A DNA stretch of 64,000 nucleotides from Mizuhopecten yessoensis (lineage: Eukaryota), in the NCBI RefSeq assembly GCF_002113885.1, contig NW_018408013.1:859690-923689 (forward strand), in the 5' to 3' direction. The translations under genes and the position numbers were made by a program. Shown here piece after piece: positions 1-15,080 of the stretch. Positions within the stretch are counted from its first letter, which is position 1; every line of letters begins with the position of its first letter. The notes beneath the pieces are model-generated. The model made no database searches and had not been told where the DNA came from. It saw only the letters and a program-made list of their open reading frames with translations.

Positions 1-183
1 TGCTAATTAGTGGATTTAATTAGTTGAGATGGTTCACATTAAAGTTAGTTTTAATAATAAGTAATTTAAACACAGTAATTAACGAATTCCATATAGTTTT
101 TCCTATTTTCACATATTGGGTTGTTTTCACATATTGGCACGCTACAGACGTAAATATCCGGCAATGAATACTAGAAACATCAC

Positions 184-1055
184 CTTTGAAAATGTTGCTT
201 TCACCAGATTATCCGGAAGAGCATTTCTGAAAAAGAAATCATGAGAATAAGAATATTGATCGCGGGAGCATTTTGCGTTAGTCTGATACAGTGTTATTCC
301 AAATAATGTATCTATCATGATGAGCTGTTAAGTATTACAGAAAACGCTACTTCCGACGGTCAGCGTATCAGTGTGTGAGAGTATTGCTAGCGTAACAAAA
401 CCCATATTATATAATAAGTATATTGTCTGGCACTATCACTGTCATTGTGGATAAAGTTCCGGTATATGTACTGGTGACGTACCGGGGTATATCATACTAT
501 ATTTATTGCGGTACATGTATGATATATAACAATATGAAACCAAATTTAAATCGACTCCAACAAGTCATTTAGCATAATATAATACATTTCAATTATAAAT
601 TGATTTTGAATTTACCTCATCATATCCAAAACGGAATCTAGTTGGCTCATGCTATTAGAAATTCTTCCCGGTTGTTCTGCTGCTTCCTTGCCAATAGAAA
701 TAACAACAATGCCGACGGTGCCAGTGATGACAGCACACACTGTGGTTACAAGGTAGTAGATTAAAGCCTTCAGTCCGATACTGCCTGAAGTCTTCATCGA
801 TAACGAGGCCAGGGACGAGACAATACTGGAGACAACAAGAGGCACAGACACCATCCGTAGAGTGTTGAGCATAATGTCCCCGGGGAACTTGAGGTAAAAA
901 TGATTTCTTCTGTCCACAAGTGACCCCGTTGTTCTCAAAACACAACCGAGTACGATTCCAAATAGCATTGACATAAGTATAAGTATAACAAGCAGGTTTC
1001 TCCGTATAAATTTCGCTACAGCATTACCAGTTCTGTGTCTATTTAATGTCGCCAT
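184..1055 (-). CDS. SLC1A/EAAT-family amino-acid transporter, paralogue A (5' part only; gene continues past the left edge)
   Basis: Coding exon 1055-616 (MATLNRH...FPGDIMLNTLRMVSVPLVVSSIVSSLASL...LDMM); the ATG directly follows an AG acceptor. Exon 226-184 (43 nt, RNALPDNLVKATFSK) has AG/GT borders and matching phase. The FPG..ML..L.M...PL..SS and PDN motifs are typical of SLC1. Confidence 0.9.
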
Positions 1056-4000
1056 CTAGGATATCAAAAAAAACATTTTTTTAATTAAATCGACCAGCAA
1101 AATTGATGTTTCTGTAAAGTAGTCTTTACTTGGATATTTCATGTGAATCTACCCTACTTTACACTTGTATATTCGTTCTTTTGACCTTTAATAGCAGTGT
1201 GAAGAGGTACTTCACCAAATAAAAATGTTTAGAGTTACTTCCCTTGTCATGTTGTTCATTTCCTGTTTGCGGACTATGTATTTGCAGCTAGTTAATAGCA
1301 GTAATAGTAAATTGAAAATGAGAGATTGCAAATTCCTACATGTGTAACCTAATAACAATAGAAACACAAGTCTACAACTGAAGCAGTAATGGAAAACGAA
1401 CATAACTGGTAAGGCCATAAACTAAGACAACACTCAACACCATACATGCTCACGGTCATTTTGTTTTTTTAGCATGAAGGTGAATATGTTCTATATATCC
1501 TCGTTAAAGAGAAATGTCTAAGTAGTTATGTGATTTATTGCCTTTCTATTCTCCTGTCATATAATTCGATGGTTTGCGGAAAAGGAAAATGCTATTGTTT
1601 CACACATAAATCATCGATAGAAGGATTATATTAACAGTTATTACTAGAAAGAAATACCAATATATATATAAAATACCGTATTGAAACAAAATGGTTTGTA
1701 TGGATTAAAACGAAGGAAGGAAAACAGATGTGTTTGTCGAGGAAACATAAGTGATGTTTTTGGGTCAATTGTGATAGAGATTTCATCTGGATTTACTAAC
1801 TACAACCATTGTCGACGCTGCTGCTACCAAAGTCTAACGATAGTACTAGAACACATGAAAGTATTAATGCAAAGTTAGTCAGCGATCTGTGAAATATCAA
1901 TAATATCGGGAAAATCACCGTATTCGAAGTTAAATATCAATTTATAACATTTTGTTCACATTTATTTTAAGAAATCTAAACTCGTGATCCCGGAATCTAT
2001 TATAATACTTGAACTGAGAAAAGTATATGTGATACACAGTTATTGTGTCCAAAAAGCAAAGTGCTGATAATAACAAGCATTACTACACAATACATACCTC
2101 ATACACTCCTGTACTCCGTCTCAGTTTATGATGACTGTTGCTATTGAAGAACGTATCGCCTAAAGAAAGTTCATAATGTAAAAATATCTTTTAAACGTAT
2201 ATTCATAAAGAAACCCCTGCTTTGGAAGAAGGCTCACATAAAATCTGTAGACCGTACAAATATGTGTGTCTGCCTTGGTTGACCTAACATTAAACACATT
2301 CAACGCCATTCAAAAAGAAAGTTTTCCGTGTTTATACCATTAGTGTGAGAAACTGATTATCATAGATAAATGTATTTGATAAAAATACCTGTTAAATCTA
2401 GGTATAGAAATTTAACGACAAGGCATTTCAATAATAAACATTGAAAAACAAGATTAAGTGTATGTATAATGGTGGCGTAGACAAGTCATGGCCGTTAACT
2501 TGTTGTAAAGGTCGACATCAAAATATGTAGCTACATGTACATGTGTCCATTTAAATGGACTGCTCGGACAGTTGATTTTGTAAAACATTGTCTGAAAGGA
2601 CATTAATATAGAGTATACGGATTTTTAAAGGTTTGGTAGGTACATACGATAGGTCAGAATCCGAATGTATTTTTGATGTAGTGGGCGTTTTATGAGCAAA
2701 AATCATATACACACATTTTGCAGTAAACTATACATACAGTCTATTATCCTTTCTTCTGTAACGTCGGCAATATAGCAACACTTTCCAGTTCTTGTACAAA
2801 CAGCTGTAGAATCGTAACGCAATAAAATGTTGTGTTTACAATTCTTTTCGCTATACGTAAAAACACGTTTAAAATAGTGTAGACATGTATTTGCATTGTT
2901 TTCATTTCATTATAACCATATTTTTATCCCGACAAAATTGAGCTGATTGTTAATATATTTTGGTTCTGTGTGTTGATGTAACCTCTTGTTATCGGTTTCT
3001 GCGCACTTCAGAAGCAGCTGCGAGTTCGTCTCATATCAGTAGAAAACTGTTGAAATTACTGATGACTGTCATAGACATGTGTAAGATCTACTAATGGAAC
3101 ACAAAACACACAAAAAAACAAAAAACACATAAATCTGTATTTTTAAAAATTTAGATATTTCTTTTCTATAAATTACCTGCCAGTAGTAGCCGTCATATAT
3201 TTCCGTTTCTGGAAATTGATTCAATGTTCAAAGAAAGACAACTCAAATACACTTAAACGAAATTCTTCGCGGTGACCTGCGCCAACAAATGCTTCGTTGT
3301 GTATTTCAAGTATGATCTTTGATTGTCAAATTAATTTTCGAAACAATTTTTTTCAAAATTGCACATTTTTTATTGATTTTGAATATGTCAACTTAAACGA
3401 ATTCATGCAACTAAATATAAATATAAATCATTAGTTTTATTTAGTTTTAAAAGAATATGTTATTATTTTATTTTTGTGAAGTCTTATATTGCTTTTATTT
3501 GTCATTCCTTTTCCATTTAAAATTGCTGAAATTTTTAAGTTCACGGCAAAACAAGATTTATATTTCTTTGCAAATAGTGTTTACAGATATACGAATGTCT
3601 CATACGCTTTATGAAAGTCGGGTGAAAAATGGCGAGGTGATGTGGCCTCATTTGCATACGACAATCTCGTACGTTTGCCAGACTACAAAAAAGACTGGGT
3701 CATGAATGAAAGATATCACTTTTATGTCCGTCATAGATTCATTTTGAGCACGATAAAAGGTGTATTAAGAAAAACTGCGCATGTCTGCCTGTTTTTTGAT
3801 CAGTTATAAATTCTTACGTTTTTGGAACAAACTTCCGTTATATTTTTGTTAGTTGCAGACGATGGCTAAACGTCTTAAATTCCTCGTGTAGTATCAAGCT
3901 TTTCACGTAGTAACGAGAAACAGTTGATAAAATTTCTGCGCTGAAATATATAACGCTCGGAAACCTATGACTAGACGACACTTGATTGTCAATTAGATGT

Positions 4001-6541
4001 TTGTTAACTCCTTTATTTATAGTGATTATTTTTGCACAGTTCTGGCGAATGTCTTTATACAATATGCTTTAGCATAAGAAATAATGGATCAAAACCTAGT
4101 ATCAATTGAATTTAAAGAGAACCATTTGCAATTATCGTTAAGCATATTTATATCACAGAAAAAATGAGTACGCTTTAAAATATTCATACTAAAAAATAGT
4201 CATATGTCTTTTACAGAACATGGTTTCCCTTGTTTCATAGTTTTTATATTCTAACCAATCAAGACCATATCCGCTTGGATAGTTTAGATAGTATGTTTTG
4301 ACAATTTGGACACAAGCACCCTACAGCTACACATCAAAATACAACGTTTATCAAGTTTTGTTTAATTTGTTTTATATTATTTAGTTTGAGTAAACAAAGA
4401 AACGTTTTGTATACAGATAGACGATTCTTCCAAACACCATCCATACCAATATGGATCAATTTTTACATACACATGTACTAAAACCTATCGACAAAGCATT
4501 TCGCATAGGAATCTACTTGCGTTACATATCAAATATCAAAATATGTTATACGCATATTCTACATATTTATAGAAATAATGCATGCATGCATGCTGGTACC
4601 TTAAACATGTAAAATGCTTAGATATGTAGATCTTCTTCAATTTCAAACTCTGTTCTATCTCAGCTATCAAACCAAGTATTATGCTGAGGAACTTATATAC
4701 TGTATTCATTTTAGTTTTTAGCAAACAACAATACTCGTTTATGCTGCTATTGGTTAGTTGTTCGACACTACACCGTATCTTCTGTCGTGCTGGTAACAAA
4801 CAATGAATTCGATCATAAATGCGGTAAAGTTTGAACCCTCCTGCTGTTGCGTACCACAAAAAATTAAAGAATTAAAAGACGTCACAGGTGTATGATTGAT
4901 TAATAAATTAAATAAACTTGATATCGATCACAACGTACAATAACACATCGACAAAGTAAATAACAAATTTGAAATAATTATATAGCAATAAATAAACACA
5001 AGTTTACCTCTTAAACTCGCAGTGTGTTACCAAGGAATAACTCGTTGTCTTTATAATGTTAATTGTTAGAGAACTGTGCTCGTGCTTTCGACATGGTATT
5101 CCAGTGAGGAAATATAGTCTGCATAAGAGCTGCGCTATCACAAGGAGACAAAAGACACCCACATACCGCCTCCAGCACAAATGAACAAATTTGAAGGCAT
5201 AAATATCGTCTATTAATGATTTCAAGAAATTAAAATCAATTTGATTTCATTTAAGAAAATGATAAAAAGAGAAAAACTGAAAAAAAAACGATAAAAAGGG
5301 ATAAATCTTAAAAAAATATAAGAAGAGAAATTCCTGTCGGTGATGTGAAACTTATTTATAAACCGTATGAATGATACAACCATGTTTGAATAGCATTTGA
5401 ACTAATCAGAAGTATTTCAATTGTGGCTTAATCTAACTCGGCTTCACTTAAATCTGAAATCTGAATCTTAACATTAAAGTGTGTAATTGACTGTAAATAA
5501 ACAACAAACCCTTGTTCTTGCTTCGCTTTCGTGTAGTTTATCTCAAACTTTCGGTGGAAACTCAAGGTTACATCTAATTCATCCGTCATAAACAGAATAC
5601 GGACAATAATTCCGGATACTTCTCTGGTGGTCACAAAATATATATAACATATATATAACATCCCCCCGCTCAAAAAAATGAACCCCAGTGAAATTTAAAC
5701 AACCACCAAGGAAGTATCCAGACATACAAAACAACAGAGTAGTTAATGAAAAAAAAAATGGAAAAGGAATTATATACCTAGACCATACAAGGTGTAACTG
5801 TTCTAGAACTACATTAAGGCAATAAATTATGCATATAAACATACAGAAAATGTCCAACAATGGCAACATTCATAGAAAGCTTTGACTTATAAAGAATGAA
5901 TGATTAGACTACCAGTTTAGGGTCCAGTTTCATGTTTGAGAACGGGCTGTCTTTTATAAAAAAAATCTTGGAGTCAGTTTTGATGTAAGAGCTTCTCAAT
6001 ATTTTTAAGATTTTAAATATACTACGTATGAACATTCTGTGTTTTTTTGTACGTCTTATTTACTACTTGGCCGCAGTTAAGACGAGTCATTGACTCAGTT
6101 TTTTCATCAAGTATAATTGACCATTATTATAATTGAGATTATTAGTACTGTTTATATGTATCTAAGATGTGTTAAATACTCTATTTATCCTCTATAACGG
6201 GACGGGTCACAAATAACTCCCTACAATGTTCAAATGTTTTATAATAACCAACACAATTTCAATCTGCAACGTCATCAAAATAACGAAATACATCACCATC
6301 CGTCGAGATATTAATAGGTATGTATTAACCACAACTCATCTCAGTTCATAAGAGAACTACTTAATGAGGAACCTCCTCAACAGCAATGTGTCGCCCCTGT
6401 TCATAAGCTTGTTGATCCCCGACATAAGGTAAGATGTATAAAATAAAATATGTTTTCTTATTTGTTTTGTTATTTTCAACAACATATAACTTGCATTGTT
6501 AAAATACTACAAACATAACCAGCTATATAAAAGCAAGGTAC

Positions 6542-6893
6542 GGAGGCACGGTAGTCTAGTGGTAGGACGCCGGGCTCGTGACCGAAAGGTTGCGGGTTCT
6601 AGTCACGGCACGGCACTCTGTTGTATCTTTGAGCAAGATCATTTTAAAACTCCGCTTGTTCCAGTTTACTCAGCTGTAAATGAGTACGTGGTTGGGCAGT
6701 GCTAGAATTGTAGAATGCTACCTTTGAGCGCCGAAAGGCAACACTGGCTGTACGCTTCCCAGGGAGTTGAGAAAGATATTGGCTGGTTGCAAAGGCCCTA
6801 TAACCACGGATAATAATTTGTGAACTGTTTTAAGACGACCTACGAACTAAGATACAGCGGTATATAAAAACCTCCAATTATTATTATCATTAT
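6542..6893 (+). mobile_element. tRNA-derived CORE-type SINE with L2-like tail
   Basis: A box tagtctagtgg and B box ggttctagtca; CORE-like segment ctttgagcaag...cagctgtaaatgagtac; ends gcggtatataaaaacc..ttattattatcatt. Confidence 0.7.
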
Positions 6894-7309
6894 CAAAGCA
6901 AATTAACAACATCATTAAGAGCCTATCTAACGATGAAAAAAAGCACTTATTGAAAACATATCAAGCAATGCATATTGAACAAAACAGCATTGTAAAAGAG
7001 ACATTTTAAACATATTATTTGAATTTGCATTCGTGAACTACCGGTAATATAATTACTAAGTTTAAATTAAACTGTAGTGTCTAGTAGCACCCCGTTAAAT
7101 ATAGCGAAATAAAAACTTGCAAGGTAATATAAACCGGAACGCTGAAATTCAGAGGAGAAAAAATATTTTAAAAAAATATAAAAATAAAGGAGGATCATAC
7201 ATGGTGATGGTGTGGATATGATTGTTTGTTCTATTTATTTCGTATATCATTTATAGTGTAAATCACAGTGCATTGAATATTGATAAAAAAAACAATTGGT
7301 TTGGTGTGG

Positions 7310-7765
7310 TTTAGAATATTTCTGTTTGACGTCCTATCAACAGCTAAGGTCATTTAAGTATGTGCCTCCATGTGTGTTGTGCTTGCTTGTGCGTGAGCTT
7401 CTTGTGATAGTGCGGGTCTAATGCCGACTTTATAGCGCTATCTCACTGAAATACCATGCCGAGGGTACCCAGCATAGCATTCCGCCCGGTCACATTATAC
7501 TGACAATGGGTGAACCAGTTTTTGCAATTAACTTTAACGTAAACCAGGGAAAACAACTACCATTTAAAGATATTTCCCAACCTTTGGACAGAACCTGTGC
7601 CTTCCTAACCTGGGCGAACGTTCAACCTATTATTAAAGCCAAAATTGAGGTGTTGCCAAGCAAAGGAGCTAGGAAATAAAAGTAGTTAGAAGAAGAATGA
7701 AATAAAGAACATGCAGTGGGTAACAGTAGGTATATTCGTTTCTCGATCCTCGACCTGCAGGGGTG
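7310..7765 (-). mobile_element. Interspersed SINE (Meta-domain-like), copy 1
   Basis: Colinear with 49271-49886 (tgtgatag...ctcactgaaataccatgccg...ggtcacattatactgac...gaggtgttgccaagcaa...cctgcagggg). Fragments also at ~5090-5178, 8177-8250, 17790-17965, 41636-41733. Confidence 0.7.
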
Positions 7766-10289
7766 AAAACCATTGGTATACAAACTCATGCATTAATAAG
7801 ATCATGCGAAACAATGTCAATTTTAATTTTAATTTGCATATATTGTTTGTGAACATTGAGATGAAGACGTAGAATGCTGAAAGTTGAATAGTATCATTGT
7901 TATTCACTTGGACCTCCACTGTGCAAGGAAATATTTAGAGTTTATGAGGAAAAGGTCTGTGACGACACTTCAGTAAGTGGAACACGCCACCTCGTTCCCT
8001 AACAAGCTCAGCTATAACTAGTAATTCAATACCTTCGTGTAACAGCAGTTGTATTCCTGTCTCATTAAACATCATTAAATTGTAATTTTTGACTTGTACA
8101 TTTGTCCGACTCACGGTAAACGTTTAATTTTTCACGGTAAAACGTTTATTTTCCAAAATTCTGCAGGGGCTCGAACATTAGTCGCCTCCTACAATACATG
8201 AATTGGGTAACAATAATTATGTTCTTTTCTCGATCCCCGAACTGCAGAGGTTAAATGGTATAACTCTAAAGTACTTAAGGGGTAATTCTCAAATTTGATA
8301 TTTAGGTTCCCCTTGGTCTCTTTGATTTGACAGCAAATAATTGTTATCTGTGTTTCACAGAAACCGAGAAAAACATAAATCTTTACTCAAATTTTATATG
8401 TAGGTTTCCCTGGATTGTGCATGTTTAGTTTTGAAATTGATTGGACAGGTGGTCATTTTGGATTTTGACATTGAATTTGATGTATTTCTGGGGTTTTTCA
8501 GAAAGCACAAGAGGGGATTTTCTCAAATTTTAAATGTATGTTTCCTTTTTTCGCTTGTTAAAAAATACCCCCTGATAATTCATCTCTTATTGCCAGCGCC
8601 TCTAATATGTAAGACTTACAAATGTTTAAGCATTTTGCATATAGTTCTGCAATTATTGTACAATAACATTTGCCGTAGTGGAAAATAACGCACTAGATTG
8701 ATGTTTTAGGTTTTAAACATTGGAATTAGTATTGGTAATTGTAACCCGTGAGGGTTCGAGGAAAGGAGAGGCCTGCTGTATACGTATGCATGATCGTAAG
8801 AGGAGACTAATGTGGACCATACGTAATCGGGGAGGGTTTGGTTTAAATTTTGATTTATTCAAAGAAATACAAATTGTAGAACAGAATACGCTAAACAAAA
8901 ACAAGTGTCGTGACACTTATGTAAATGTGTTACCTGCTTAATAATCAACTCTAGCTACAGGAATGAAGTGATATGAACAACAGAACGAATACGGGAATAG
9001 GGGAGGGGGTAATGGAATAGGGGAGGGGGTAATGGATTGATATGCAGTGGCAACCACGAATGAATAATATAGCAATATACATGTGATCATCTATATTGCA
9101 TTGAGTATGTGGACCACTATTCTGTATAATATAACTAGTCTATGTTGTAGTAGATGATATTTTCAGCAATGCTGTAAATGGACACTCGATGACTGTTAGA
9201 AAATTACCACTGAATAACAATTGAAAAATTGAGTATGTCAAAAAGCACCGCTATGATTTATCAAAAACGTTGCAGTTTCATACTAGCTTTCACACATATC
9301 AAATATAAGTCCATAAAACACTTTCTAACCTCGTTCTTGGCACGTCTTGCTCTTTAAAGGTTACAAATCATTTTATCAATCTATCATAATCATGGCCAGT
9401 TAGTGACATACTATGGTATAAAATGGTTGAAACGAGGATGGTTTCTTCCTTGTCTTCTATTTCATTGGATTGATTCCAGTACCGAAATGTTACAATGGAG
9501 TAGGGCAAAATATTGACTACGTAGCTTGTTCACAATCTCATTGATGTGTGGACAGCCGGGTTTTAACCTATTCAAAAATAGAAATGAAGTCACGAACCCA
9601 GCAAAATTGTGGTCTTCTGTGACAAATGGATAAGGACCTGAAACTCAAACATATTCTGTTTGATAACCAGAACACATGATCTTACTCCCTTTGCACTTTT
9701 GCAACAGTCTCCTTGTAAATAATTCCTTTGTTCATGTCTTGTCATATAGTGTTATCGAATTTGAGTGAACATTCTAGTTTTGCTGACATTTAGGAATTCT
9801 CTTGTTGTGTTCTGTACGATATGATTTAAATACACTTTGACAGGCTGGAATTTAATCCGTTTGTGTTTAAAATATTTCCCTCCAATATAAGCCCAAAACC
9901 GTTGACATTGACGCCATTGAAACGCTGCCTGTCATCCGCAGTATGCATGTTTGATAAATAGAACATGGATTTTGTTTAGAGAAACTACGCGATTAATGTC
10001 TTTATATTTTACAACATGGTTTGCAGTACGCAGCCTCGTTCGTAACGTGCATACATGAACCACCTGGCAAAGCTGAACAATGCCTATGACCAACTGATAA
10101 ATCGATACCACCCATACGGCATTATCTGATGACACGGAAAGCACGCCTTTTTGTGTGGACGGTTACATCAACAAGTAAGCGTGTACTTTATATTGTGTTT
10201 CCATTGAGTTTGCGGCGTATGTCGAGCCTTCGAGTTTGGTCAACTCAAGAAACGTTATTGAAGCGGTATAATAAGACAACCTAAAGGTA

Positions 10290-10740
10290 GGTTAATATGC
10301 TACAATACATACCATTAAGACAGCGGTGTAATGAGAAAACTAAAGGTGGTTTATTTACAGCTAAACTAACGTCATTGATGAGTTTATCCGCTAGTACACT
10401 TAACGCAAACAAATGATAAGCTAAGGTGAGGATATACATGACGTTGCTCAGAAGATTAGATAAATATTTAGACAAAGATGTCAAACTGCTTTTTGTAAAC
10501 GCATATATTCCTCCTATAATAGATTATAGTTTAACTATTTGGGGACATTGTAGCAAAACATATCCTGAGAGAATTAACAAAGTAATGAACAGAGGAGCAT
10601 AAACCAATGCTTACACCATCCCAGGACATGTTTCGTGAATTGAATCAGCTATCTTTCCGAAAGAGAGTAAAATATATGACAGCTGTTTTATTAAACAAAA
10701 TTAGAAACAATCTAGCTCCTCAATATTTGTCAGAGTTTTC
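10290..10740 (+). mobile_element. Degraded CR1/L2 LINE ORF2 C-terminal relic
   Basis: Translates as KLLFVNAYIPPIIDYSLTIWGHCSKT and LFRELNQLS-like / KIRNNLAPQYL segments, with disruptions. Confidence 0.7.
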
Positions 10741-13700
10741 CGCACTATGTGCGGACGGTGTGTGCACGATGTATGCACGATGTGCGCACGCTATTTTTGA
10801 TGCGTTGTGCGGGCACACTACTATAGTACCTGTAAAGTGATGATACGTTCAATGTAAGTCTAAATACATGTATAATATCTTAAAAAGTAAAAGGTTATAG
10901 TAAAAAGCTACATACGTTATATTATCAATCTGTTGTTTTTAAATACTCAATGATATATCCAACAACTGGTGTTTTGAATTTGTACAGTGAGACGTTATCT
11001 ATTTTGTTATTTTTAATACTGTTAGCAGTAGATGTTAAATGACCAGGTGTTACAGATACAGCGAGCAACACATGCCGGTCTAAAATAACAATACAATTGG
11101 CGATTATTAACGACTCCACGATCACTTATCATCACATGCATTTCCTACCATTCACATGAGATGGCATGGCGGTAAACAAAGTTTTAGACATCGAAAAACA
11201 AAACAAAAACAAACAAATACAAAGCACAACACGCATTCATCACACAAACCTGCACATGATATTAGCCTGGCGCCGTAGGACACGCAGTTGGTGTCTTATG
11301 TTTTGACGCAAAGCCGTTATGGCGATAAATAAGGTATTTTTGATAATATTGTTTATATGTTTTTGATACAAATATCAATTTATATGCTTCATGTTTTTGT
11401 TCACAATAACCAATAATCAAATTTGGCCAAGCCTTCCGAAACGTATTATCTGCATGAAGTACACTTCAGTGAAATATCAATGTGGTTGGTCCTTCATTTT
11501 TCTATATCCGTTCCAGGAGACGTGCATGCTAAAAAAATCCAAATGGCTAGAGAAAGAAATTTAAGTGAAAGAGGTCAAACATTTGTGAAATTTATACGGA
11601 GCAACCTGCTTGTTATACTTATGTTCCTGTCAATGTTATTCGGAATCGGACTCGGCTGTGTAATAAGAACAGCATGGTCACCATGGGACAGAAAAAAACA
11701 TCTTCTATCTCAAGTTTCCCGGGGACATTATGCTCAACACTCTACGGATGGTGTCTGTGCCTCTTGTTGTCTCCAGTATTATCTCGTCCCTGGCCTCGTT
11801 ATCGATGAAGACTTCCAGTAGTATCGGACTGAGGGCACTAGTGTACTATCTGGTAACCACAGTGTGTGCTGTCATCACTGGCACTGTTGGGATTGATATT
11901 ATTTCTATGGGCAAAGAAACAAAACAATCCATAACCCTTGGTGATGGCATGAACCAACTAGATTCACTTCTGGATATGATAAGGTAATATGAGTATATAA
12001 TTTAAAAGAGCGTTTGTAATAAATCGTTGGTTTGATAATTATTGACATATTACTTGACCAAGAGTTTTTCTGTAATACACGCATATTCACACTCTGTGTA
12101 TATAAATGTCATTTAACGCTCATATCAGATATGTCGCTTATTGTCATAAAAGTTACGTCAGGGCTATGCAGCTACAACATATTCATATTAATTTTATAAT
12201 GTTATGTACTTTCGGACTAGCCACTTTACATTTTCATAAAACAAAAATGTAGGAAGCACTGGATGTGTCTCTGTGATTTCTTTTGGGTCATGATATTGAT
12301 AAACATAAAAAATGACATTGCAAATACAACAATAAAAACTTTTTTTCAAAGAGAATACATGTTTAACTGAAGGCATATTTAAGCTTCAAAATATTATACA
12401 AAATCTACATCATAATTGTTCAAACGTTGTGTCCATGCGACGAATAAAATCACCGTGATTGATTTTATTTTGATATATCTAGTGAAAGAAGTTCTTAAAG
12501 ATGACGTCACAGAATGCTCCTAATTAGAAATAAGTTGAAAAACAGTTTTATTCTTTTTTCAGGAATGCTTTTCCGGATAATATTGTAGAAGCAACACTGT
12601 CAAAGGTAAAATGTCAAGAATTCTAGAACAGAAAAATAGCATATATTTCGCTGCTTTAAACATATTTATCAAAAGAAAGTAAAGAGAAAGAAAAGTAAAA
12701 GAAATTGTGGGATTCCATTATTTTGATATTTTCTGTCGCTGATATGTCACCCTCATTTCAGAAACAATCAGTGTTCTCTACAAGCAATATGGAAATCGTC
12801 AATGGTAGTGGATCTTTCGGTTTTAACAACACAGAGGATATTATTGGAAGAAATATGCCAGGTAAGAACATTTCTACACACTTGATTGTGTTCCTCAGAT
12901 AATGTTTGTTCTTTCGACCGTTAACTCCTATACACCTTCAATGTAATCAGTCTGATTCATTATTTTTCGTTCTTTTTGAAAAACCAAGTAGGACAGTGTG
13001 AATAAAATTTGATAAACTGTTTTAGCTATAATCTTTGTTAATCTGAAAGGGCTTTCTATGGTAGCTCTTTCCTGCCAATGCATTGCAATTCCTGATTTGT
13101 TGTCGCTAATAAGTATGAATTAAATTAGTTATGAACATTTATTTAGGGTCAGTGTATCCACAGTAATAGTCATACCGGTAATAATTAAACTTCCTTGGAA
13201 GCTAAGCAATGACGAATTTAATATTGCACAACAAATGATGTAAGTCCGAAGTGTTTCTTTCTGAATTTGCTGCCTGACAAAACTGGTAACAGTAGAACGT
13301 TTGAGAGTGTTCTCACCAAAGTGATCGTTCTGTCATTTGTTAAACCAGTTTGTTTAAAATGTATTTTAAATCGAACGATACAGTAAAATAATTTTGTTTT
13401 AGTGTTTTAACTTAACCTTTAGGATTGAAATGAATATTTTTATTAGTTAATGAGGTCATGCAACACACTACCGTTTAAATACATTCTCAAAGATGCGCTG
13501 GCCTTAAATATAAATATATATAATACCACAGGCATGACTATATAAAGGACAACTAATTGATTTGATCCTACTTTTAAATTCCAGTTGACGTCCCGATCGT
13601 TACATCTGTTCCCGGTACCAACATGCTGGGATTAATTGTAGTGTCCGTCTTCCTCGGATGTGTTCTGTCCAGTATGGAGGACAAAGCCAAACCTCTCGTG

Positions 13701-15080
13701 GACTTCTTCCAATGTCTATACCAGGCCATGATGCGGTTAATCTTAATATTTATATGGTAATGCTGATATTAATTTAAAGTATTATTTTCCAACCTCCTTT
13801 AACGTAAATATCAATTTATCTACATTTTTACACTTATTTTTTATCGAATCACATTTTTTGTTCTTAAACATTCTTAGCAAAAAACATACTACTTCAAAAC
13901 GGTTTGACAATATGTGTTGATGCATAACGAGACATATTTAAACAATACCATATCAATGTTACTTCATTAATTTAGATCACATATCGGGCAGAAATAATAT
14001 AAAAAGGCATTGCATCCTTAATAGATAATTCGATGTTGCCGTGAGTACGCTGAAACGATTATTTGAGCACAGTGTAAATAGAATTTTTGTTTTAGTCCGG
14101 GTGTAATGGCCTTATAGGCAAATTAAATACGTTAACATTCAATATGCAAGAACATTTGCTGAAGCGTCTCATACATTCTGATACTAATGCACCATATGCC
14201 AGTAGAACCATTTAGCATTTTACGGGCAATATAATTTAAACAACACACATGAAAGGTTACGTCTGCGGTTTTCACGGAGTGAACAACATATATGCAGTTG
14301 AAAGTTGTAAAAATATGCCCTAGACACTTGCCAGAGTGAGTGTTGTTCTATTGATAATACACAGTCAAAGAAAATACAGTGTATATGGACATCTTAGACA
14401 TTCTGATTGATGATTTTGCGAATACGTCTAGTATGTAGGCGAAATTATAAGACGCAGACATGCAAAAATGGATAATTGACTTCGACTGTCATATATGGTG
14501 TCCTCTGTAAAATAGCAAACCTTCTCCGACTTCTGATAATAGATATCGAAGAGGGGAAAGCTAACCTTTTCATCCTATTCCTATAAATGTGATTGATGAA
14601 CGGTTCTGTTTTCCACTGGTTTCATACTTTTTATTTGTGGTGTTACATCGAAACGACTTTCGACTTCATCAATTATTTATTCATTACACATAAATTCCTA
14701 TTATTTTTAATTTCAAGGTTTGCCCCCGTAGGATTGATGTTCATAATAGCTGCTGCTGTCGTACAGATCGAGAGGCCGACGGAAGCCCTCCTCGAGTTTG
14801 CTGTCTTCATACCTACAGTTATATTTTGTCTTCTGTTGCATGGGTTTGGTACCGTACCGCTCATGTTTTTCTTGGTGACCAGAAAAAATCCTTATATATT
14901 CATAAAGAATATGTCCAAGGCGCTGCTGACAGCCTTTGGATCGACTTCAAGGTATGCATTACAAATAAGATATTAACTTTATTCTATCGAATATGAAATT
15001 TATCATTCAAACATTTCATCGTTTTATAAGCAAGCTTATTCATTTGACCGCTTTATCTGATGTTACAAGACAAAGAGAAT

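Noticed and set aside
1212-1418. ORF ending IFIW like SLC1 exon 4
   Set aside because: The rest does not align with exon 4 of B or C, and it lies upstream of A's first coding exon; probably chance.
8993-9036. G-quadruplex-capable 20-bp tandem duplication between genes A and B
   Set aside because: Only two units, with no evidence tying it to a promoter.
9240-9960. Possible decayed coding sequence on the - strand
   Set aside because: Some stop-poor stretches exist, but I recognise no motif; a tBLASTx/HMM search would be needed.
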